A DNA stretch of 61,216 bases from a virus (lineage: Duplodnaviria > Caudoviricetes): IMG/VR virus record IMGVR_UViG_3300022221_000265, positions 1 through 61,216 of that record, one strand, 5' to 3'. Each line of letters begins with the position of its first letter. The first letter of the stretch is position 1. Below the pieces are notes generated by a model, which saw only the letters and a program-made list of their open reading frames with translations, searched no databases and had not been told where the DNA came from. The position numbers and the translations under genes are program-made. Positions 16,936 through 25,600 of the stretch are shown here, in pieces.

Positions 16936-17550
16936 TCACCCCACCCCCTGCATCGTTTCCAGCACCGACTCAAGATCCGGCCCGGCATAGATCGCGGCGT
17001 TGTTTATGTTGGTAATGCCCAGCACGGTCATGACCACCAGCAGGGGCTGCTCGGCGTTGCTGGTTTTCATAATCTGTTTGGCCAGGGTATGGCGGAACCA
17101 GTGCGGCGAACCGCCTCGGCGCAGGCCTGCCAGCTTCACCCACTCGGCCAGGCGCTGCTCAAAACTGCGAACCGATAAACCATCGCCGCGACGGCTGAGG
17201 ATCAAAGGCTCGTCTGCTACCTCGGCAAAGCCCATCTGGCGACGAATAGACAACAACGATCGCAAGGCCCGGCTGGATTGTTTGTTAAGAAAAACGTGAT
17301 AAGTGCGGCCGCCCTTATTAATGGCACCGCGCACAGTAAACTTGTTCTCCCTTAAGGCCTGGCGGGCATCGTCGCAGGTCATGCCGGCCAGCACGCTCAC
17401 CCGCACACCCGTGGCCAGGTCGAACTGCATCCAGGCCAGATCACGCTTGGCCAGCACGTCGTCCACCCGGCGCACGGTCTTGAGCAGGTCGCGCCGCTCA
17501 TGGGCTAAAAAATAGCGATCAAAAACTTGTCTGGGTTTTTTATATGTCAT
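16936..17550 (-). CDS. Short tyrosine recombinase (catalytic domain only)
   Basis: RD...ATGVRVS, NKGG, SPHWFRHT, LGITNINNAAIY; no core-binding domain. Confidence 0.85.
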   Translation of the reverse strand: MTYKKPRQVFDRYFLAHERRDLLKTVRRVDDVLAKRDLAWMQFDLATGVRVSVLAGMTCDDARQALRENKFTVRGAINKGGRTYHVFLNKQSSRALRSLLSIRRQMGFAEVADEPLILSRRGDGLSVRSFEQRLAEWVKLAGLRRGGSPHWFRHTLAKQIMKTSNAEQPLLVVMTVLGITNINNAAIYAGPDLESVLETMQGVG

Positions 17551-17573
17551 GGCTTAAGTCGCCTCTTAAAAAA

Positions 17574-17912
17574 TTAAAGTAATGATTGGATAACGCGAGT
17601 CACATTGACCGACTCAATAAAACAACGCACTGGCCGATCTCCGTTCCAGTGAATGGCCATCAGCCTGATCATCTGATCAGAGTGCATACTAAAATCAGCA
17701 AAGCCATTACCCGGCAGGGTGCGCTCTATCTTTTGCAGGCCAAAGAAACCGATTAACGTGTACTGATAGGCCTCGTCCTGTCGATCAATCTCCAGTCGAA
17801 AAGGTACATGGTCCAGCAAAAACACCTCGCCCGGCTCAATCCAGCGACGTGACCGGTGGCCCTGGGTGTTCTCGTTTTTCTCCTGCGGCATTAACTCAAT
17901 GATCTCCGCCAT
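17574..17912 (-). CDS. Hypothetical phage protein (MAEIIELMP start)
   Basis: 3' part of track ORF 17574-18035, with a GGAGG RBS. Confidence 0.55.
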   Translation of the reverse strand: MAEIIELMPQEKNENTQGHRSRRWIEPGEVFLLDHVPFRLEIDRQDEAYQYTLIGFFGLQKIERTLPGNGFADFSMHSDQMIRLMAIHWNGDRPVRCFIESVNVTRVIQSLL

Positions 17913-18084
17913 GGTCTGCCCTCCTTTTTTGTCTTTCCCTTGCGATGATCTGCAGGCACTTGTTGACAGGCTCATTTTGTAAAGCGTGATCAAACGATCC
18001 AACAGCCTCGCGCATCTTCGGACCCGCCAGTTCATAAGCGACCCTTAGATCCAGATCGTCCTGATTGTTTGCCTTGTCGCTCAT
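17896..18084 (-). CDS. Hypothetical phage protein
   Basis: Overlapping early ORF. Confidence 0.5.
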   Translation of the reverse strand: MSDKANNQDDLDLRVAYELAGPKMREAVGSFDHALQNEPVNKCLQIIARERQKRRADHGGDH

Positions 18085-18217
18085 GTAACGCCCTCAGCAA
18101 TTCATCACCAAAAAAAGCCATGACCAGCGAACCCTTAAGCACAAACTGATCGCCCGGCTGCAGGTTGTCGTCGACCTGGGTCAGGCCGATCCGTTTTAAA
18201 GCAGCGGGTGCTTCCAT
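18032..18217 (-). CDS. Small early protein (VMAFFGDEL motif), homologue of 49541-49717
   Basis: ATG 18217; 18 of 33 ungapped identities with the islet protein. Confidence 0.75.
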   Translation of the reverse strand: MEAPAALKRIGLTQVDDNLQPGDQFVLKGSLVMAFFGDELLRALHERQGKQSGRSGSKGRL

Positions 18218-18384
18218 ACCTTTTCCCACCAGTAAAGCCAGGCACCGATCACGGCCACCACCGACATCACAATCAAAAAAGAAACCAGCCCCGAGAACAG
18301 CGAGGCCGCGCACACAAAGAACAGGCCGGCCATTAAAAGACCTAACAAAAAATCCTTAAGCATATCGACAAATAATTTTTTCAT
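18196..18384 (-). CDS. Small membrane protein
   Basis: Two transmembrane-like segments. Confidence 0.55.
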   Translation of the reverse strand: MKKLFVDMLKDFLLGLLMAGLFFVCAASLFSGLVSFLIVMSVVAVIGAWLYWWEKVWKHPLL

Positions 18385-18899
18385 CGTTTGCTTTCCTTGC
18401 CCTGTTGGTGCATGTTTTTCAGTCGGTCGAGCAGCTCCAGCTTGGTGCGGATCCCTTCATTAATTGACGCCTCAAGCTTGATCATTTCCTTGTCGTTAAT
18501 GTCGCCGTCCTCAAGTGACTCGCGCATCACCTTGGCCGTGTGACCATCGGCCTCTGCATTCTTGGCCCAGATATCCAGCAGGTGCTGGTCAGACACAAAT
18601 TTAAGATCGGGGTAACGAATGAACACACCGCCCAGGGTCAGGCAATAGGCATCAGCTATCTGATAATCATCAGCAACGAGTTGAACAGTGACCGACTCCT
18701 CCAGGCCGAGCTGGGCGTCGTTTTCGGGGTTGGCTTTGTTGGATAGATAACCGGGGGACTTCATGTTAGCGCGGGCCGCCATGGCCACCGCACCCTCCAT
18801 CCCACTGAATTTATAATTATGGATCGTGTTATAAATCGCCGTCTTTAGATGGCTTGCCTTTAAGTGGCTAAACATTGTGAGCTCACCTCCTCCATTCAC
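18381..18899 (-). CDS. Phage regulatory CII-like protein
   Basis: GAVAMAAR....YLSNKANP....L...E...LGGVFI...EDGDINDKE; located after the Cro-equivalent gene. Confidence 0.75.
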   Translation of the reverse strand: MNGGGELTMFSHLKASHLKTAIYNTIHNYKFSGMEGAVAMAARANMKSPGYLSNKANPENDAQLGLEESVTVQLVADDYQIADAYCLTLGGVFIRYPDLKFVSDQHLLDIWAKNAEADGHTAKVMRESLEDGDINDKEMIKLEASINEGIRTKLELLDRLKNMHQQGKESKR

Positions 18900-18988
18900 T
18901 TTTAACGTGGTCGGTGACTGGCTACACTCACTCTGGTGTTACAATAAACACCGAGGTGATAAGGTGACTCAAACCAGCAACCTCAAAG

Positions 18989-19019
18989 AACCAGCCGGGG
19001 GCGCAATCCCTGGCTGGTT
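18989..19019 (-). terminator. Hairpin between the arc-like gene and cII (tR1-like)
   Basis: AACCAGCC...GGCTGGTT stem. Confidence 0.45.
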
Positions 19020-19025
19020 CGTTTT

Positions 19026-19193
19026 TTATTTCTGTTCCTGCTCCTGTTTTTCACTAAAACTTGTTTCCAGTCGCACAATCACCTCGCTATTACGGCTCCG
19101 GCTATTTTTTTTGGCCGAGGCATCAATCTGTTTTAAAAGTCCCTTTGGAAAGCGAATGGACTGGCTTTTATCTTTTGCAGTAGCTCGTTTCAT
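19026..19193 (-). CDS. Arc-family ribbon-helix-helix protein (Cro position)
   Basis: SIRFPKGLLKQIDASAKKNSRSRNSEVIVRLETSF. Confidence 0.85.
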   Translation of the reverse strand: MKRATAKDKSQSIRFPKGLLKQIDASAKKNSRSRNSEVIVRLETSFSEKQEQEQK

Positions 19194-19243
19194 AATTAAA
19201 TCATTCTCTATATATATAAGAGTCGGCTTATTTAGTAGCCCTA

Positions 19244-19284
19244 ACATGCCCCTATTATGGCCCATAATGGGCTATTGCTGTCAA
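19244..19284. promoter_or_regulatory. Operator/promoter region of the lysis-lysogeny switch
   Basis: Overlapping palindromes ATTATGG-C-CCATAAT and GCCCAT-A-ATGGGC; minus-strand TTGACA...CATAAT with a long 19 bp spacer. Confidence 0.55.
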
Positions 19285-19309
19285 GAGGTAAAACAAGGAA
19301 AATTTCATC

Positions 19310-19687
19310 ATGCCCGATGACCCCCTATATTTCCGTTTAAGAATCCCCCCAAACTTAAAGGATGAATTAAATGAAATAGCAGGGAGTAATGATCGAAGTC
19401 TTAACGCAGAGATATTGCAGCGTCTGCGCAACAGCCTGGCCCCTGGTGTTAATGAATCCGCCGAGCAATACCGGGCCAGCAAAAACTCCACCACATTAAA
19501 GGACGCCGTGGTCCTGGGCGAAGCCCTGATCAAAGAAACCGGCAAACCCATGAACCCCGAAAAAAAGGCCGACTTTATCGATACGCTTTACGATCTGCTG
19601 GTCATGTATGGCGACGAGGAAAGGGTCAAAGAAAAGATCAACAACGTGATCGACATGGAAAGTTATTTAAAAAATGAAACCGGCTAA
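19310..19687 (+). CDS. Arc-family repressor (CI position)
   Basis: DPLYFRLRIPPNLKDELNEIAGSNDRSLNAEILQRLRNS. Confidence 0.85.
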   Translation: MPDDPLYFRLRIPPNLKDELNEIAGSNDRSLNAEILQRLRNSLAPGVNESAEQYRASKNSTTLKDAVVLGEALIKETGKPMNPEKKADFIDTLYDLLVMYGDEERVKEKINNVIDMESYLKNETG

Positions 19688-20282
19688 CTTATTATTTTTA
19701 TCCGTCATGCTGTCAGGTTGTGGATCCCTGGTCACCTACCAGCCCCCCGCTGCGCCAGACGTCACCCACCCCACCAGCCTGATCATCAACAAAAGCAAAA
19801 ACCAGCTATGGCACCAGCTGCTGCAAAAACTGACCAGTGATTTTTTTGTGGTCAACAACATCGAAAAGGCCTCGGGGTTTATTAACCTCAGTTTCAGCGC
19901 CGAGCCGACCGAGTACCTCGACTGTGGTCAGCTCAATATCTCCGACCCCATCGACCACACCCAGATCACCCCGTTCCCAGGGGCAACCCCTCACCTGGTC
20001 TATAACGAGAGCGTCGACATCCTGGCCCCGCGTCGAATAGACAGAAAGATAGCCCTAAGCGGCCGGGTAAATCTGCTACTCACCCAGCTGCGCAACAAAC
20101 AAACCCGCCTGGCCATCAATATAAAATACATCGTCAGCAAGTCCGGCACCATTAACCGCTATGCCTTTAATGACACCATCACCTTTAACAGCAACCAGCA
20201 AAAGCAATTCCCCGGCGCCCCCACGGTCTGCCAGTCAAATGGCAAGCTGGAGCAGCGACTGCTCGACCTAACTCGACTCTGA
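19674..20282 (+). CDS. Lipoprotein co-transcribed with the repressor
   Basis: Lipobox LSGC after a hydrophobic signal. Confidence 0.8.
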   Translation: MKPANLLFLSVMLSGCGSLVTYQPPAAPDVTHPTSLIINKSKNQLWHQLLQKLTSDFFVVNNIEKASGFINLSFSAEPTEYLDCGQLNISDPIDHTQITPFPGATPHLVYNESVDILAPRRIDRKIALSGRVNLLLTQLRNKQTRLAINIKYIVSKSGTINRYAFNDTITFNSNQQKQFPGAPTVCQSNGKLEQRLLDLTRL

Positions 20283-20633
20283 CGCAAACCGATAAAGCAC
20301 CTCCGCCAGCTTTTCAAAGGTGGTTCGCTTGCGTTGATACTGGCCATACTTTTGCAATATCGCGATATTGGCATCATCCTCCAGGCCCGTAATAAACAGG
20401 ATCGGCAACTCGGGCCGCATTTCACGCAAGGCCCTGGCCACGGCCACCCCGTCCAGCTCACTGGTGTGCAAAAACACATCCAGCACCGCGCAATCATAAA
20501 GATCAGGCATGCCCCGAAAGCTGCGAATAGCATCCTCCGCCAGGGTAAAGCTGCCGACGCTAATATCATGAACATTTAAAATGGACCGATAAAAATCAAC
20601 ATATCCCGCATCATCGTCCAGCACTAAAACCAT
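20268..20633 (-). CDS. Single-domain response regulator (receiver)
   Basis: VLVLDDD, AVLDV (phospho-Asp), DGVAVA, PILFITG, conserved K. Confidence 0.85.
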   Translation of the reverse strand: MVLVLDDDAGYVDFYRSILNVHDISVGSFTLAEDAIRSFRGMPDLYDCAVLDVFLHTSELDGVAVARALREMRPELPILFITGLEDDANIAILQKYGQYQRKRTTFEKLAEVLYRFASESS

Positions 20634-20666
20634 AAATTTATAACCGTATTAATGTGGCTTTGTCCT

Positions 20667-20684
20667 TGTAGGACATTCCCTACA
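20667..20684. promoter_or_regulatory. Palindrome TGTAGG-N6-CCTACA (GacA-box-like)
   Basis: Perfect 6-6-6 inverted repeat upstream of the receiver gene. Confidence 0.5.
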
Positions 20685-20891
20685 GAACCAATATCGGCAA
20701 GCCCCCTATATTTTACAGGTTAAAAAGCTAAGTTATTGCAAACATTAACGTTTTTAACTTTGTGTGGCATAAGATTAATTTGTGCAAAATCAGACAAAGC
20801 TGACTGTCAAATATGGGGGGTTTTGCCTTGTTTTGTGGGTTTAAATAACCTTTTATTAAAAATGCACAATAAAAAAAAGGGAGGGCTTTCA

Positions 20892-21128
20892 ATGAATGAT
20901 CGTCAGGTGCATCTGCTTCAAAAAATAAAAACACAAATGGGGGAACAATCACAAAGGAGAGACTACTGGCTCCCGGCGCTGGTGGCGCTGATCCTGTCAG
21001 TGCTCATCACAGTTCAAATTGTAAAAATAAAAATCAGAAACCACGGCGGGCACTGTGTGGTCCAGCAAAGTCAACTCACTGGCATGCCAGTGCAGATCCG
21101 CTATGCTTCCCCGGAGAAAACAAGGTAA
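20892..21128 (+). CDS. Small single-TM protein
   Basis: GGAGG RBS, ATG 20892, hydrophobic WLPALVALILSVLITVQIV. Confidence 0.6.
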   Translation: MNDRQVHLLQKIKTQMGEQSQRRDYWLPALVALILSVLITVQIVKIKIRNHGGHCVVQQSQLTGMPVQIRYASPEKTR

Positions 21129-21138
21129 AGGGGAGACT

Positions 21139-21636
21139 GTGAGACATAGAACATTAATTGCTTATTTGCTGTTGATTTTTTCGTCACCCGCCACGGCGAT
21201 CGAGCTTCACCTGGAACATGGCCCCTCGACCAGCTTCATGGCCCGTCCAGAGCACTATCAAACAAGCACCTATACAGGCTGGACAGTCAGGTATGGCGGT
21301 GGTTTCTTTGCCGAGCTTCATCAGGGCGGGTGGGTTGGCGAGGCCTTTGGCAGGTTGTCGGCCCTGTCGGTGGGGCTTCGCTCCCGTGGCCGGTTTTTTG
21401 CCGAAACTACACTGGGGGCGGTCAGCATGCACAATTACGATCCGGAGCAGTTAGACGGCAATCGTCAGGTCATGTTCATGCTTGGGGTGGGGGCTCGAGT
21501 CGAGGACCTCTTTGTTACCCTCCGCCTGCGCCATATATCCAATGCATCGAGCGTGACCGGCTCATCCGACCAAAGGCAGGACGAAAGAAACAACGCCGCC
21601 GACTTTGTCGTGCTCTCGGTTGGTGTCGACTTCTAG
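21139..21636 (+). CDS. PagL-like lipid A deacylase / acyloxyacyl hydrolase beta-barrel
   Basis: GTG start, signal peptide, amphipathic strands, RHISNA His-x-Ser motif, C-terminal Phe. Confidence 0.7.
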   Translation: MRHRTLIAYLLLIFSSPATAIELHLEHGPSTSFMARPEHYQTSTYTGWTVRYGGGFFAELHQGGWVGEAFGRLSALSVGLRSRGRFFAETTLGAVSMHNYDPEQLDGNRQVMFMLGVGARVEDLFVTLRLRHISNASSVTGSSDQRQDERNNAADFVVLSVGVDF

Positions 21637-22616
21637 CTCCTCAATATCTCCACAGAGGCTGAAAACAGCTGAAACTGAGTCAGCGGATCAGCCGTTGATG
21701 CCATTTGAACACCGAACAACAAAGTCTTGGCTCCAGCCCAGGACACGTTATAGGATCTATAGGCAATGCGATCAGCAAGCAAGCTTTGGAATTGCCCCTC
21801 ACTCAAGGTCGAAAAATCACCAAGCTGGGCGCGGGTCACGGCGTTGCTACCGCTGGCCCCTATGTTGATCACTGTCTCAAGGTTGAAGGGCGCCACCTCC
21901 AGCCCTCCCCCGCCAACTGTGACAAGGGTGTTACTGTCGACTAATTCATAAATGCCCAAGGCTACTCGAATATTTAAAGAGATAGTGCTTATGTTTTCGT
22001 TGTAATACGTCCCCGTCACTTTAAGCCGCAATATATCCCCGTCTTTTGTCTCACCCTCGGGAATGTTGTAACTAAACAGAGTGTTCATGGCTGCATTGTT
22101 AGAAAGCAAGGTCTTGCCAGAAAAACTATCCAGCACCTCCACCAGCGGTGTGGTGTTGACAACCAGCCCCCGCTCATCTTTGATCTCGGCATTGGTTGCC
22201 GACTGTGCACTATTGGAGATCGTCGTCGTGGTGTTTTCCAGCCGAAACTGACAAACAGGATAATGGTGGGGGAGATAATCCAGCGGCACGGGGCTGACCG
22301 CTTCCACTCCCTCCCTGATAACCAGGTCACCAGTGGTCATATCGATGGCGATCCGGTCAATCCGTGGGTTAGTCGTTGGCGCAGTAAAGGCGGCGGTTGT
22401 CTGCCTGCCCTTCACAGTATGCGCAAGACCGGAGAATATCTTTCCCCCTTCGATAACAACCTGCATATTCGGCGTGTCCGACTCGTGCGGACTAAAGTTA
22501 TTGGCCACCTCACTCATTGCACCAGTCGCCCGCTCCAGTCGGTCCTTATAATCACTGGCATTGGTGTGGGTGGTGTAGTCTGGATTCTCATCCTGTTTAA
22601 AGGTTTTAACTGTCAT
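21633..22616 (-). CDS. Tail fibre / receptor-binding protein
   Basis: Last tail gene; APTTNPRIDRI...G.EAVSPVP N-terminal motif typical of tail fibres. Confidence 0.7.
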   Translation of the reverse strand: MTVKTFKQDENPDYTTHTNASDYKDRLERATGAMSEVANNFSPHESDTPNMQVVIEGGKIFSGLAHTVKGRQTTAAFTAPTTNPRIDRIAIDMTTGDLVIREGVEAVSPVPLDYLPHHYPVCQFRLENTTTTISNSAQSATNAEIKDERGLVVNTTPLVEVLDSFSGKTLLSNNAAMNTLFSYNIPEGETKDGDILRLKVTGTYYNENISTISLNIRVALGIYELVDSNTLVTVGGGGLEVAPFNLETVINIGASGSNAVTRAQLGDFSTLSEGQFQSLLADRIAYRSYNVSWAGAKTLLFGVQMASTADPLTQFQLFSASVEILRS

Positions 22617-22618
22617 AC

Positions 22619-25600
22619 TTAAGCGCCCTCCGCTTTCACGTCCACAACGGCCGCCACCGCGACGTCCGACTGATAAACTTTAATATCCACGCTGGTCTCG
22701 GTCACATTCGTGCGGCTAAAAGTCAGGGATCGACTGTCATCGGCCTGCACGGTCACAAACGGCGGCTTATGAAACTGGCGCGGAAAGTTGTAAGTAATCC
22801 CGCTGGCCGGCACGTTGATCCCTTGCCATGTGTATGGCTTGTCTGGCATGTCGACCAATAAGGTAAAACTGTCGAGAGCAGCTGGCCCGTGGGTCAGGTT
22901 GTCGTGTTCCACTCTCGCCTTGATATATCTGGCAGTCACATCACCAATGGCCCATGGCTCATAGCCATCATAAGCCCCTGTCGCAATCCTATAATCAATC
23001 GAATAAACGGGCCGGGGTTCGTCCCCAGTGCCGCCCAGATATTTAGCGCTGCCGGTCACCGAGGTGCGCATGGTATCGTCAAAATTATGATCGGTTTCTG
23101 GGGCCTCAAAATAAAAACTGTCTACCGGGTCAGGCACCGGCTCGTCAAACACTCGCCAGCCCAGAGCGGCATTGTTCGAGGTGCTGCTAGGCACCAGCAC
23201 ACCGCTCCAGTGGCGAATGCAGCCGCTGAGCGTCCCCTGCCAAAGGGGGGCATAATCAAATTCAAACAGCACATCTTGGGTGTTATCCACCACCAGATCA
23301 TAAGTGGCCACATGGGGAGACCACAGGCCCGAGGTGTCTTTGTGCTTGGCGAGAAACGTCCACGCCCCTGGGGGCACATCCTTGGTGGTGGTGTTGGTGC
23401 CCTTTTTATCTTTCACGGGGGTGGCGTCTTCAAAGGTGCCGCCACGTCCCTGCGGCTCACGGCGTATATAGGTGCTTTCGATGTCGACATCCGGAGGCAG
23501 GTCCCAGATATAGCTGATCGTGCTGCCATTCTGAAAGGCCTTGAAACCGGTTACATCCCCGGGGCGCTTGCGCTTGCCCAGTATCTCATGGGTCTGGATC
23601 ACCCTGCCCCCGGTGCCAATCTGTCCCGCCTCGTTAAAAACCGTCAGCTCCACCCGGATAATGCCGACCGGATCCCAGGGAAATGAAAAACGGCGGTCAA
23701 AGGTTTTTCCTACGGGCTTAAACTCTCCGCTCTCCGTGGCCACGCGAATGGCGGCGGCTTCATAGGGCCCCGACACGTCCCACACCATATCAATGCGGGT
23801 GGCATAAACATTGCCGATACGGGTCAGCGTGTCATAAACCTGCAAAAGGTCGATAGAGGGAGTGGTGCTGTCCTGGGTGATCGGCACATGGGTATAGCTG
23901 TTGTTTTCGGCCAGGTAATAATTGTCGTCCTCATCGGTGGCGGTGATGGTCACCTGCTTGTCCCCGGCCGGGCGAATGCTAACAATCTTCACCTTTTTGC
24001 CCGGCGTGACCTGGGGCGCAAAAAACCAGAGGTAATCCAGCGGTGGGTGGTTTGGGTCGTCATCTGGCGCACTGGGTAAAAAGCCCCCCCCCGCCAGGTC
24101 GATCACGTCCCGATCGCTGGCTCCCGGAAAAAAACAATCGTATATGTCATAGCTACCATTCGGGAATCTCACCCCGATGTAATAATTATTTCCCGCCTCA
24201 AAGGTCACCTTGCGGTCCAGCGTCAGCTGGGTGGTGGTGCCAGCCACCAGGCGCCCCGAGTTGCCCCACTGGGTCAGGTCATGGCTCAGGGTCACCACGT
24301 CCCCCCGCTGCACAATCAGCCCCTCCATGTCCGTCTGCCAGCTCACAAACCGGCGCCGGTATAACTGCTGGGCGGCCAGCAGGTTGGCCTCTTTGCCAGC
24401 CATCACCTTGTCGGTACAGCCGAGCAACTTCACCGGGACCGGGTTAACGGGGGAGACCACGCCCGGCACAGTGGCCCTCACCGTGTCCGGCTTCCAGCCC
24501 AGGGTCGGGTTAATGAACTCCACCACCACCTCGTCGGCCAGGTGGCCGGTGACATATTCCACCGAGAAAGAATTGCGGACAATGTTGCTCATGCCAAACA
24601 GGGCCGTGACCGGTTGCCCCCCCTGGTCATAAATCACGCCCAGCTTGCCATTGCCCCAGGTCAAAGTGGCCCGGCCACAGCGTGCCACGGTGGCCAGCAT
24701 CTGGCTGACGCTTATGGCTTTGTCAAACACCAGGTTAACCGTCAGCCCCTTGGTGACACACCACAAACCCCAGGCCTTTATGGTATCGATATCAATGCCA
24801 CTATCGGGCAGGCCTGCCCCATAAAGGCGCTGGCCATTGCTGTCAAATTTGCCCCGGGCTAGCCACAAAAACCACCAGCCCGGGTTGCTGGTGGGGCCGG
24901 TGATCCAGGTCGAACCATTCCACACCGGAGCGCTGGCACTGGCCAGGGCGTTAAACTGGCTCACCTGGCCATTGAGTTGGCCCGTGGCGCGGATACGCAG
25001 ACCGACCTTTTTTTGACCCTCAAAAAGCTGGGCGTCCGGTTGATATGAGAGCAGCGCGGCCCAGCTGAGGTTGACGGATAAAGATAAATTACTCTCAACA
25101 ACATTATTGTAATGTGTGTCGGTGTAATCGATATATTCATCCAGCTGACAGTTATTATTTTCCAAAGGACAATAGGAATGCAGGTGGTGCTCTATCCATT
25201 CATAAGATCGCACCCTCACCCTTACCTCATATTGCTCCTCGGGCACATCGATCTTATGCGCCCAGCGAAACCCCTCTCGGCCCTTGTGGTAAACATGAAA
25301 CTCGGCGGTATCATAAAAAGGCAGCCAGGTCACATCCCCCACCCGCCGATATTCCATCCCAAACAGCACCCGCACCTCGTGCTCGCCATCGCCGTCGATA
25401 TAAAACACATAGCCAGCCAGGTGTACCGCCAGGCCATTGGTACCCACCGACGAGGTGCGCAGCACCCAGTCAGTGGCAAGGTCCAGCGGCCCCCCTGCCA
25501 CCGTGTCCACGTTACCGGGGAACTGGGTCAGCACCCCATCGGGGCCCGACTCCTCGAGGGTGTAATCCTCATATTCTGTTATCAGCGTGTCACCGATCCG

